Source: Hyphomicrobium sp. (GTDB taxonomy: Bacteria > Pseudomonadota > Alphaproteobacteria > Rhizobiales > Hyphomicrobiaceae). From it: 64,000 bases of DNA. The position numbers were made by a program, and so were the translations under genes. Positions within the stretch are counted from its first letter, which is position 1. Each line of letters begins with the position of its first letter. The stretch spans positions 708-64,707 of the forward strand of contig DASZVX010000156.1 of NCBI GenBank assembly GCA_035547255.1, in the 5' to 3' direction. This document shows, one piece after another, positions 8,328 to 16,810 of the stretch. A model generated the notes under the pieces. The model worked only from the letters and a program-made list of their open reading frames with translations. It did not search any database and had not been told where the DNA came from.

Positions 8328-8984
8328 GTGGCGTCGATTGAGCTCAAATCCTACGATCCGCCATCGACCATGGGGCTCGTGCGCAGCATCGTCGCGATCA
8401 TCTTCCGCGCGATCAGCCTGATCCTGACCGTCGCGCTCGCAACGGGCGTCGGCGTCTGGTCCAGCCGCTATATGATATCGCGCGGATCGCCGCTCTCCGT
8501 CGACACGTACGGTCCCTGGCAGCACTGGCGTGACCTCGGTCGCGAAAGCGCCGATCCTTATACGAAAGCCCAACTCGTATCGACCGGCAAGCTCAGGATC
8601 TCGGCCGACAGCGCCGGTATTTTCGAGGCACGCACCGACTCGCAAGGCGCGCGGCTCCACTCATCGTGCAATTATAAAATCGAGGGTGCGAGCCTGCCGG
8701 GACTCTGGTGGAGCCTCGCGGTCTTCGATTCCCGCGGCCGTCTGATCCGCAACGACGCGGACCGTTACGATTTCACCGCCGATACGATCGCGCCCAATCC
8801 GAACGGGTCGTTCGTCGTCACACTCGGCCGCGATGCGCGTCCGGGCAACTGGATTCCGACGGGCGGCGCGGGGCGCCTCGTGCTCGTCTTCACGGTACTC
8901 GATCCGGCGAACGGTCTTTCGGATGAGCAGCGAGCCGAGCGCAACAAGCGTCTCCCCATCATCACGCGGGAGAGCTGCTCATGA
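8328..8984 (+). CDS. DUF1214-like protein
   Basis: ADPY, TDSQG.RL...C.Y.I.G, WWSL, ARPGNW.P; typical position after the PBP. Confidence 0.7.
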   Translation: MASIELKSYDPPSTMGLVRSIVAIIFRAISLILTVALATGVGVWSSRYMISRGSPLSVDTYGPWQHWRDLGRESADPYTKAQLVSTGKLRISADSAGIFEARTDSQGARLHSSCNYKIEGASLPGLWWSLAVFDSRGRLIRNDADRYDFTADTIAPNPNGSFVVTLGRDARPGNWIPTGGAGRLVLVFTVLDPANGLSDEQRAERNKRLPIITRESCS

Positions 8985-9538
8985 ACTTCTTCCGGCGCAT
9001 CGACTGGCGGCTGCTGTTGATCTTCGTCCTGGTGGCGGCGATCGTGCACATCGTCTCGACCTTCCTTGCGGTCAACGATCAGCGCGGATCGGCGTATGCC
9101 CGGCTGGCGCATATCCTGCCGCACAACACGATGACGATCCTCGGTCCGGTCGAACCGCAGCAAGCGCTTCTGCCGTACCTGTCGCCGGACGCGCGCTATG
9201 CCTTCTGTCCATTCGATACGGCCGACACGACGATGCGCGTTCATGCTCTGCTGCCCGATCTCGGATGGACGGTCGGCGTTTATGCTCCGGACGGCACCAG
9301 TCTCTATTTCGCGGCCGCCTCGTCCGAGCGCGAGACGACGATCAATCTGTCGATCATTCCCGCCGATGATCGCTTCCTCGGTTTGTCCGGCGAAGCCCAG
9401 CAGGCCGCCGATACCGACCAGACCATTGCCGCGCCAAAGGGCTTCATCGTCGTGCGCGCACCCGACAGGGGCGAGCCTTATCGCTCCGAGACGCAAACCA
9501 TTCTTGAAAAAGCATCGTGTGCTGCGCGGCGGACCTAG
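8981..9538 (+). CDS. DUF1254-like membrane-anchored protein
   Basis: N-terminal TM, LP...P...YAFC.FD, W.V.VY; coupled to upstream gene. Confidence 0.65.
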   Translation: MNFFRRIDWRLLLIFVLVAAIVHIVSTFLAVNDQRGSAYARLAHILPHNTMTILGPVEPQQALLPYLSPDARYAFCPFDTADTTMRVHALLPDLGWTVGVYAPDGTSLYFAAASSERETTINLSIIPADDRFLGLSGEAQQAADTDQTIAAPKGFIVVRAPDRGEPYRSETQTILEKASCAARRT

Positions 9539-9612
9539 AGCCTTCGTTCGGTCGTGCTTCTTATTGGAAAATTATTGGAAAACCGGTTTCCACTTTTCCG
9601 GAAGCACTCCAG
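9535..9612. repeat. Rhizobial intergenic mosaic (RIME/Bru-RS-like) palindromic element
   Basis: CTAGAG...GAAAACCGGTTTCCACTTTTCCGGAAGCACTCCAG core, with internal duplication of ttattggaaaa. Confidence 0.65.
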
Positions 9613-9630
9613 CGGCCGCGATCCAAACGG

Positions 9631-9813
9631 TCAGCTTTCGATCTCGAGCGTGTCGCGGTGAGGCTTGCCATTCTTCGGCTTTGGCGGTTCCGGTTCCGGA
9701 AGCCGTTCGTAGCGCACGCCTGGAAAGAAGACGATATCCGCCGTCCTGCTCGCGTTTATCGGCAAAGGCCCGGTTCTTCGCGGCGTGCCCCTGAATTCCA
9801 CGATTGTTGCCAT
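9631..9813 (-). CDS. Small hypothetical protein (60 aa)
   Basis: GGGGAG RBS; ADIVFFPGVRYER motif resembling small alphaproteobacterial proteins. Confidence 0.7.
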   Translation of the reverse strand: MATIVEFRGTPRRTGPLPINASRTADIVFFPGVRYERLPEPEPPKPKNGKPHRDTLEIES

Positions 9814-10019
9814 GCGTGGTCTCCCCAAGACACGGAGATCACTCCGTGCAAGCGGCTCCCCCGTCATGAGGCTCTCAACCACTCGGTTATGACGCCGTAC
9901 AAAAACGGTCGTGGCTCGAATGCGTTGTGGCCGCTCGAATCAGCGCATGATTCGATTAGGCTCGTGGAGCCATTAATGGAGTGTAAACCGGTCGAAGGCG
10001 CACGCAACGCACGTCGCGA

Positions 10020-10364
10020 CTATGGCAGCAATTCATCGCCGAGGAAGTGCCGCCCGTCGCGATCCTCGATCTCGATGATCCAGATGTCGCTGTCGAAGCT
10101 CGCCTCGCGCTTCAAAAGCGCCTCGGCCTCAGCCTCCGGAACGAAGCCCTTGTCGAAGCGCGACACCCAGCGCCGGTCGATATCGGCATCGTCGAGACCT
10201 GCAGGTGCTGGTGAGTAGACGGCGGCCGTCAGGTCCTGGCGAACGACCTTGATGAAGATCGCACCGGCATCGTCGTCACCGTGGCGCGCAACGACGCCGC
10301 TCGCACCATTGACCACGCAGCGGCGCAGATAAGCTTTGACCCAGATTTCGGATTTGAGACGCAT
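10020..10364 (-). CDS. DUF1491 family protein
   Basis: MRLKSEIWVKAYLRR...GD..AGAIFIKV...FD.D.WIIEIEDR.GRHFL. Confidence 0.88.
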   Translation of the reverse strand: MRLKSEIWVKAYLRRCVVNGASGVVARHGDDDAGAIFIKVVRQDLTAAVYSPAPAGLDDADIDRRWVSRFDKGFVPEAEAEALLKREASFDSDIWIIEIEDRDGRHFLGDELLP

Positions 10365-10396
10365 GGCTGTACTTAGCAGCAAGCTGAACGCTGAGC

Positions 10397-11125
10397 CTAG
10401 CGTGCGGCGGAGCGCGAAGGCGCGGCACGGTGCGCCTTGGCCTGGCCTTGCAGCCGGATCAGGCGGCTCATCATCGGGCCCGAGATGCGACCGCTCGGCT
10501 TGAGCTTCTGCTCGGCCTCGAAGTCGCGGATCGAACGCGCGAGTTCCGGCGTCAGCGCACCGCCCGCGGCTCCCGTCTGATAGCCGAGCGCGCTCAGCTT
10601 CTGCTTGACGTCGCGCACCAGTGCTTCGCCGTCGGGCGAAATGGTTTTTCCGGGACGCGCATTGTTCTGCTCAAGCGAGGAGGAGCCGAGCACGATCTGA
10701 CTGAGCAGCGGTTCGCTCGGCTTGCCGGTCAGCACAAGGCCGTTGTCGTACTCGTAGGCGAAAATCGCGGCGCGCGTGACGAGGCCCGCAACTCCGTCAG
10801 GCTGGCCGACCTCGTAACCGCGCGCATCAAGCTCGCGCTGAATACCGCGTGTCAGCTCGGCAGTATTGACGTCTTCCTTCGGTGCCGTCGCTGGCGGATC
10901 GGTCGGTCCGGGAAGCGGCGGCACTACGGCCGGCGGCGATACCGGACCGGTGCCAATGCCCGGCCCTTCGACCCATCCGGCGCGTGAGGGCAGACCGCCG
11001 GTCTCGATCGAATTTCCTTGGCCGGTCGCGGTCCCCTTACCCTGAAATGCGACCATGTTAACCGCAACGCTGAGCGTCATCAGCACGGAAGCGCCGATCG
11101 CGATCTTGCGGTCCAATCCGGTCAT
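10397..11125 (-). CDS. Peptidoglycan-binding domain protein (two PG_binding_1 repeats)
   Basis: IQRELDARGY...DGVAG..TRAAI..YE...GL..TG and KQKLSALGY...SIRDFE....L..SGRIS; N-terminal TM. Confidence 0.8.
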   Translation of the reverse strand: MTGLDRKIAIGASVLMTLSVAVNMVAFQGKGTATGQGNSIETGGLPSRAGWVEGPGIGTGPVSPPAVVPPLPGPTDPPATAPKEDVNTAELTRGIQRELDARGYEVGQPDGVAGLVTRAAIFAYEYDNGLVLTGKPSEPLLSQIVLGSSSLEQNNARPGKTISPDGEALVRDVKQKLSALGYQTGAAGGALTPELARSIRDFEAEQKLKPSGRISGPMMSRLIRLQGQAKAHRAAPSRSAAR

Positions 11126-11180
11126 GTCCAACGGCCCCGTTCGCATTCTACAGGTGTCGACACGACTATGGCGGCCAGCC

Positions 11181-11197
11181 GTTAAGGTCTTCTTAAC
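11181..11197. promoter_or_regulatory. CtrA box
   Basis: GTTAA-ggtcttc-TTAAC, full TTAA-N7-TTAAC consensus on both strands, between divergent genes. Confidence 0.7.
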
Positions 11198-11386
11198 TGT
11201 CGGATCAACTATCGAAACGGCGCTTTCGAGATACAAAGCATTTTATTGAAATTCGCCTCAAATTTGCGTCGAAGACGGTTCGAATTGTACCGCACACGCT
11301 AGCGTGGTCTTGAATTCGCCCTGGTATGACATCCGCATAGGTGAGCCTCGTCGTTCTCGCCCCCTAGATTTGCGAAGGTCGAAACC

Positions 11387-11764
11387 ATGGGTTTGTTGCG
11401 TATCGCCACAGTCGTCGCCATCGGGGTTGCCGTGCTGCCCTCCGATCACGACCAACAGCAGCGCCTCTACGAGCGCGCCGGCGCCACCGCCCAATGGGTT
11501 GTCACATTCTGCGACCGCAATCCGGGGACGTGCGCCAAGGGCTCGGAGTTGTGGTCACAATTCGTTGCCAAGGCCCAATTTGGCGCCAAACTTGCCTACG
11601 ACATGATGCGCGAAAGGCAGGTAGCCGGAAGCGAGACGGCTGCGGCTGATCATGACGATCGGCCGTACAAGCCGGCTGTCCTCCAGCGCGAGATGGGGAC
11701 GCTGACCCCGCTCGACAAAGAACCAGCGTGGCGCGGCAAAAAAGCAAGCAAAGGCAGCATCTGA
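11387..11764 (+). CDS. DUF5330-like protein
   Basis: FCDRNP.TC, GTLTP.D.EPAWRG; adjacent to sufE. Confidence 0.7.
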   Translation: MGLLRIATVVAIGVAVLPSDHDQQQRLYERAGATAQWVVTFCDRNPGTCAKGSELWSQFVAKAQFGAKLAYDMMRERQVAGSETAAADHDDRPYKPAVLQREMGTLTPLDKEPAWRGKKASKGSI

Positions 11765-11851
11765 GGCCAATTCGAGCCTTGCCCCGGCGGGGTCTGGCCA
11801 CCTATTTTTAGGTGGCACCCCGATGAACGGGGTTGCAGCTTGGATTTTCCG

Positions 11852-12280
11852 ATGACGATTGACGACATCCGCGCCGATTTCGCGGTCCTCGACGATTGGG
11901 AGGACCGCTACCGGTACGTGATCGAGCTGGGGCGGGGGCTGCCGGCATTTCCGGAAGAGCTGCGCACAGAGGTGAACAAAGTTCGCGGTTGCACCAGCCA
12001 GGTCTGGCTTGCCACCAAACCGGAGCGAAGCGCGAACTCTCCGAAAGCCGACCATATGGCGATGCAGGGCACAAGCGACGCCCTGATCGTCCAAGGATTG
12101 GTTGCCGTGCTCTTCGCCATCTACGACGGCAAGACGCTGGACGAGATCGTCAGGACCGACGCCCAAAGCATCTTCGCGGAACTTGGGCTCAGCGAGCACC
12201 TGACGCAGCAACGCTCGAACGGCTTGGCCTCGATGGTGAAGCGCATCCGCGCCGACGCCGAGATGATGCTCGCGGCCTGA
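11852..12280 (+). CDS. sufE: SufE family Fe-S/cysteine desulfurase activator
   Basis: DDWEDRYRYVIELG, VRGCTSQVW, SDALIV.GL, LT.QRSNGL. Confidence 0.93.
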   Translation: MTIDDIRADFAVLDDWEDRYRYVIELGRGLPAFPEELRTEVNKVRGCTSQVWLATKPERSANSPKADHMAMQGTSDALIVQGLVAVLFAIYDGKTLDEIVRTDAQSIFAELGLSEHLTQQRSNGLASMVKRIRADAEMMLAA

Positions 12281-12853
12281 TCACACCACGTCCGGTTCAA
12301 TTGCCGGACGGTAGTCGCCCGTTCCCCAGTGGCGAACGCGGACAGGCATCGCGCCGAGCGGCCTTTCCTCTCTCAGCAGCCCGTAGTGGCGGGCGAGCTG
12401 GCGCAATGCGATCTGCAGAATGATCTTGCCGGAGCGCTGCGGCCATCCGCTTGCCTTCTCGCTGGCTTCGAGCCCTTTCAGGTGACAGCAGACGTCGATG
12501 AGGACGCCGGCGAGGTCAGGTCCAACGCTCGAAAGTGCGCGGCGGACACGTTCGCGCGCAGCGATGATTGAATCCCGCATATCCGGTCCGATGTCCGGCG
12601 CACGCCTGCCGCCTCCACCGCCCGCGAGAAGCAGCGACCAGTTGGCGGTGACGCGCGGCGTCATCTCAGCGAACCAGAAATCGGCGCGGAGCCGCTCGCC
12701 CGCATCGACTTCTTCATCCGACAACATCGGCCGCCCGTCCTTGTCCTTGCGACGCGCGAGCCACGCCAGCGGGCTTTCCTTTAGGTCGCGTTCCGGAGCG
12801 TGATGTGGCTCGGCTTGCGCTGCCGAAGCCGCGCAGCATCGTCTCGTTCCCAT
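12281..12853 (-). CDS. gafZ: DUF6456 protein, GafZ-like (GafA C-terminal half) GTA activator/antiterminator
   Basis: ESPLAWLARRKD..G, AGERLR.DF, PR.TANW, DVCC.LKGLE..E...GWP.RSGK..L..AL..LARHYG; GAGGT RBS; sufE/mucR context. Confidence 0.75.
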   Translation of the reverse strand: MGTRRCCAASAAQAEPHHAPERDLKESPLAWLARRKDKDGRPMLSDEEVDAGERLRADFWFAEMTPRVTANWSLLLAGGGGGRRAPDIGPDMRDSIIAARERVRRALSSVGPDLAGVLIDVCCHLKGLEASEKASGWPQRSGKIILQIALRQLARHYGLLREERPLGAMPVRVRHWGTGDYRPAIEPDVV

Positions 12854-12892
12854 CGTGTTACCTCATGCATTAATTGGCGTTCGCCGCGAGTG

Positions 12893-13291
12893 TCAGTTCG
12901 GCCGCTTTTCAGCGCGCATGACGAGTGTCGGCAGCGCCCAGCCGAGAAGATCCAAGGTTCGGTCCAAGACCGGATCGTCGCGCCGATACTCGACCTTCAG
13001 GCATCCATAGGAGACGGTCGTGCGATCGCGTCCGAACATTGCGCCGACGTCCGTCAGGGTCATGCCGCAGGAAACGTGCGCAAGATACATCGCGATCTGG
13101 CGCGCAAATGCGATGTCCTTGGCACCGCGCGTCCCGTGCCACAACGCACCGGTCTCGAGACCGAAAACGCTCGACATCGCAAGATCGAGTGCGAGACGCT
13201 CCTGCCGATAGCGCTGCTGTTCCGCGACACCTGGAAACGCCGGACCACGCGGTCGCGTCTTCAATGCCAAGTTGCGAGAGACTTCAAGCAT
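12893..13291 (-). CDS. gafY: DnaA domain IV-like HTH protein, GafY-like (GafA N-terminal half)
   Basis: AFARQIAMYLAHV...TLTDVG..FGRDRTTV.Y.C..VE..RDD resembles the DnaA C-terminal HTH; directly upstream of the DUF6456 gene. Confidence 0.75.
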   Translation of the reverse strand: MLEVSRNLALKTRPRGPAFPGVAEQQRYRQERLALDLAMSSVFGLETGALWHGTRGAKDIAFARQIAMYLAHVSCGMTLTDVGAMFGRDRTTVSYGCLKVEYRRDDPVLDRTLDLLGWALPTLVMRAEKRPN

Positions 13292-13418
13292 GTATCTTTC
13301 TCATGGATTGAACGGTTCCTCGAAGCGCCATGCGCTTCGTCGCTGCCGGCGCCGACCCAGTGGAGTTTTATCGTCTGTCGCAACGGCAATGACGGAGAAG
13401 ATAGGGTCCGCACGAACA

Positions 13419-13490
13419 GCGGGGATAAGTTTTTTTGCGCACGCCCACGTTCACCTTACCGGCAAAACATCCCTGCAAACTTATCCCCGC
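13419..13490. promoter_or_regulatory. Inverted pair of DnaA-box-like 13-mers
   Basis: gCGGGGATAAGTTT (13419-13432) and AAACTTATCCCCGc (13477-13490). Confidence 0.6.
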
Positions 13491-13519
13491 GCCGGAGCGC
13501 TGCAGCACATTGCGGCGTC

Positions 13520-13843
13520 ATGCAACACAACGTCTCGATACGGAACATCACGATACGGACAAACGACTCCGCCACCGGTCGTTTCAATTCGAAGGCCAGA
13601 TATAACGATGACCTGCGGCGCGTATTGCCGCTATGGCCGCACGAGCTGGCCGACCGGAGTCTCGAGGGTCGAAAGACGCTTATCGCGGCGCTTGATCGCG
13701 CGCTGCGGAGAGAGCGGCGTCATGGTCAGGCGGGCCATCCCGCCTATGACATCGAACGCCACGCATTGCTTAGTCGGATGTTGAAGCAGGAACGCGCGGC
13801 ACTTACGGCGCTCCAATCCCGCGTTCGCCGTTCGCAGCGATGA
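13520..13843 (+). CDS. DUF6477-like protein (similar in position to the gafA-divergent GTA gene)
   Basis: DLRRVLPL...L.RALRRERR.G.AG..AYDI.RH..L...L..E; divergent from the gafY-like gene. Confidence 0.6.
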   Translation: MQHNVSIRNITIRTNDSATGRFNSKARYNDDLRRVLPLWPHELADRSLEGRKTLIAALDRALRRERRHGQAGHPAYDIERHALLSRMLKQERAALTALQSRVRRSQR

Positions 13844-13873
13844 TGCGCGTGATATCCCGGCGGGTGAGGACCG

Positions 13874-14275
13874 TCAGCGGCGCGTACCGAGGCCCATCTT
13901 CTTCGCGAGCTGCGAGCGGGCATTGGCGTAGTTTGGCGCGACCATCGGGTAGTCCGGCGGCAAACCCCACTTCTCGCGATATTCCTCGGGCGACAAGTTG
14001 TAGTGCGTCCGCAGATGCCGTTTCAGCGATTTGAACTTCTTTCCGTCCTCAAGACAGATGATGTAGTCCGGCATCACGGATTTCTTGACCGCGATCTTCG
14101 GTTTCGTTTCTTCACGCTCCTGCGGGACGCTGCGCCCGGCTGCGCGGCTCAGGGCGGCATGGGTCTCTGCAATCAGCCCCGGCAGGTCTGTCGATGAAAT
14201 CGAATTGTTACTGACATAGGCAGCAACGATCGTGGCAGTGATTGTCACGAGCTCAGGCTGGGCCGGGCTGTCCAT
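13874..14275 (-). CDS. mucR: MucR/Ros family transcriptional regulator
   Basis: [71 protein letters not shown]. Confidence 0.96.
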   Translation of the reverse strand: MDSPAQPELVTITATIVAAYVSNNSISSTDLPGLIAETHAALSRAAGRSVPQEREETKPKIAVKKSVMPDYIICLEDGKKFKSLKRHLRTHYNLSPEEYREKWGLPPDYPMVAPNYANARSQLAKKMGLGTRR

Positions 14276-14647
14276 CGGTATGTCTTCCGCTTCTTCTTTC
14301 AGGCCGGTTTCCAAGGCAGGCATAGGAGACAGGTAGAGCGTCGCATTGAGGCATACAGCCGGCTTAGATCTTAGCCATATTCCGGTATTGTCTGCATCAG
14401 CACAGAAATGAACTCGCTTTCACTTATGAAAGCTTTGACTACAGGTAATCTCCATTGTCAATTGGTGGCCCGCACCACTTTACGCCATCACTAATTCTTG
14501 GCCCGAGGCGCGCTTAATTGTGACATTGCTTCCTCCAGCCCCTCGTTGACGCGGACGTCCGGGCGGTCAAGAAACCGTGCCAAGCCACGACCAGACTGCT
14601 TGGGCCAGACTGCTTGCTGGCTCCTGAATGAAAGGCTCCCTAATCCG

Positions 14648-16810
14648 ATGACCGCGCCGATCGTCTCCGCTTCCCCCGCTCAGGATACCGCGACCGCACA
14701 GGCCACGCCGCCAGTGGCACGGCGCGTCCCCGTGACGGCGACCCACCATGGCGTTGTGCTCACCGACGATTATGCGTGGCTGCGCGCCGAGAACTGGCAG
14801 GAGGTCATGCGCAAGCCCGCGACGCTCGCAGCCGACATCCGAGCGCATCTCGAAGCCGAGAACGCCTACACGGACGCGACGCTCGCAGATACGAAAGCGC
14901 TGCAGGAAACGCTGTTCCAAGAGATGAAGGCGCGGCTCAAGGAAGACGACCAGCAAGTGCCGCAGCCGGACGGGCCTTTCGAATACTTCCCGCGCTTCGT
15001 CAAAGGCGGACAGTATCCGCAGCTTTGCCGGATGCCGCGCGGAGGTTCGATAGACGACGCGCAGGTGCTCCTCGACGGCAACGCCGAAGCGGAAGGCAAG
15101 AGCTATTGGGATCTCGGCGGCACCGCGCATTCGAACGACCATACGCTGCTCGCCTACGCAACCGACGACAAGGGCTCGGAGCTTTATACGATCCGCATTC
15201 GCGATCTCGCGACCGGCAAAAACCTCTCCGACGAAATTCCCGACACGCGCGGCGGCGTTCAGTGGGCGAACGACGGCAAGACGCTATTCTACATCAAGGT
15301 CGACGAGCATCAGCGCCCGCTCTTCGTCTATCGCCACGTCATCGGGACGCCGGTCGGCGATGACGTCCTCGTCTATGAAGAGCAAGACTCCGGATTTTTC
15401 GTCGGGCTGTCGGCGACGCAATCGCAGAAATACATCCTGATCGACATTCACGACCATGAGACGAGCGAAGTCCGGCTGATCGATGCCGACGATCCGCTGG
15501 AGGCACCGCAGGTCGTCGCGCGCCGACGCGTCGGGCATCAGTACGACGTCGAGCATCATGGATCGCATCTCGTCATCACGACGAACTCGGACGGCGCGGA
15601 AGACTTCCGTATCGTGACGGCGCCCGTACATGCCCCAAACGAGGCCAACTGGCGCGAGATCGTTCCGCATAAGCCGGGCCGCCTGCTCATCGAGGTCAAC
15701 ATTCTTGCAAACCACATGGCGCGTCTGGAGCGCGAGGAAAGCCTGCCGCGCATCGTCGTGACGCCGCTCAAGACGGATGCCCAGGGCGACCTGCTCGATC
15801 GCTCGGGCGAGCACACGATCGCGTTCGACGAAGAAGCCTATGCACTCGGATTGAGCGCCGGGTACGAATTCGACACGACGCGTGTCCGCTTCACATACTC
15901 GTCGCTGACAACGCCCGCCGAAACCTACGACTACGACATGGCAACGCGCGAGCGGGTTCTGCGCAAGCGCCAGGAAGTGCCGAGCGGGCATAATCCGGCC
16001 GACTACGTGACGAGGCGGCTGCTCGCACCCGCCAAGGACGGCGCGCTCGTTCCCGTTACCCTGCTCTACAAGAAGACGACGCCACTCGACGGTTCAGCAC
16101 CCCTGTTCCTCTACGGCTACGGCGCCTACGGCATTTCGATGCCCGCATCGTTCTCGACGGCGCGGCTGTCGCTCGTCAATCGCGGCTTCATTTTTGCGAT
16201 CGCGCACATTCGCGGCGGCAAGGACAAGGGCTTCCGCTGGTACACCGACGGCAAGATGAAGAAGAAGAAAAACACCTTCACGGACTTCGTCGCGGCCGGC
16301 GAGTATCTCGTCGCGCAAGGCTTCACACAGCGCGGGCGCATCGTTGCGAACGGCGGTTCGGCGGGCGGCATGCTGATGGGCGCCATCGCAAACATAGCGC
16401 CGGATCTCTTTCTCAGCATCATCGCCGACGTGCCATTCGTCGACGTGCTGAACACGATGCTCGACAAGGATCTGCCGCTGACGCCGCCGGAATGGCCGGA
16501 GTGGGGAAATCCGCTGACGAGCAAAGACGACTTCGACAACATCAGAAGCTATTCGCCTTACGATAACGTCGAAGCGAAACGCTATCCGCACATCCTGGCC
16601 TTGGCCGGTCTGACCGATCCGCGCGTCACATATTGGGAACCGGCGAAGTGGATCGCGAAACTTCGCGCACTCAATACGAGCGACAATCTCGTGCTGCTCA
16701 AGACCAACATGGGTGCGGGCCACGGCGGCGCGTCGGGCCGTTTCGACGGTCTAAAGGACACCGCATTCAATTACGCGTTCGCGCTGAAAGTAGCCGGCAT
16801 TACGATGTGA
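14648..16810 (+). CDS. ptrB: Oligopeptidase B (S9A prolyl oligopeptidase family)
   Basis: DDYAWLR, LYGYGAYG, GGSAGG, VPFVDV, EW.EWGNP, DPRVTYWEPAKW, AGHGGASGRF. Confidence 0.93.
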   Translation: MTAPIVSASPAQDTATAQATPPVARRVPVTATHHGVVLTDDYAWLRAENWQEVMRKPATLAADIRAHLEAENAYTDATLADTKALQETLFQEMKARLKEDDQQVPQPDGPFEYFPRFVKGGQYPQLCRMPRGGSIDDAQVLLDGNAEAEGKSYWDLGGTAHSNDHTLLAYATDDKGSELYTIRIRDLATGKNLSDEIPDTRGGVQWANDGKTLFYIKVDEHQRPLFVYRHVIGTPVGDDVLVYEEQDSGFFVGLSATQSQKYILIDIHDHETSEVRLIDADDPLEAPQVVARRRVGHQYDVEHHGSHLVITTNSDGAEDFRIVTAPVHAPNEANWREIVPHKPGRLLIEVNILANHMARLEREESLPRIVVTPLKTDAQGDLLDRSGEHTIAFDEEAYALGLSAGYEFDTTRVRFTYSSLTTPAETYDYDMATRERVLRKRQEVPSGHNPADYVTRRLLAPAKDGALVPVTLLYKKTTPLDGSAPLFLYGYGAYGISMPASFSTARLSLVNRGFIFAIAHIRGGKDKGFRWYTDGKMKKKKNTFTDFVAAGEYLVAQGFTQRGRIVANGGSAGGMLMGAIANIAPDLFLSIIADVPFVDVLNTMLDKDLPLTPPEWPEWGNPLTSKDDFDNIRSYSPYDNVEAKRYPHILALAGLTDPRVTYWEPAKWIAKLRALNTSDNLVLLKTNMGAGHGGASGRFDGLKDTAFNYAFALKVAGITM

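Noticed and set aside
12800-13519. 347-aa ORF 12800-13843 as a single gene
   Set aside because: Its 5' two-thirds is antisense to the gafY-like gene and its control region; only the 3' ~107 codons look coding.
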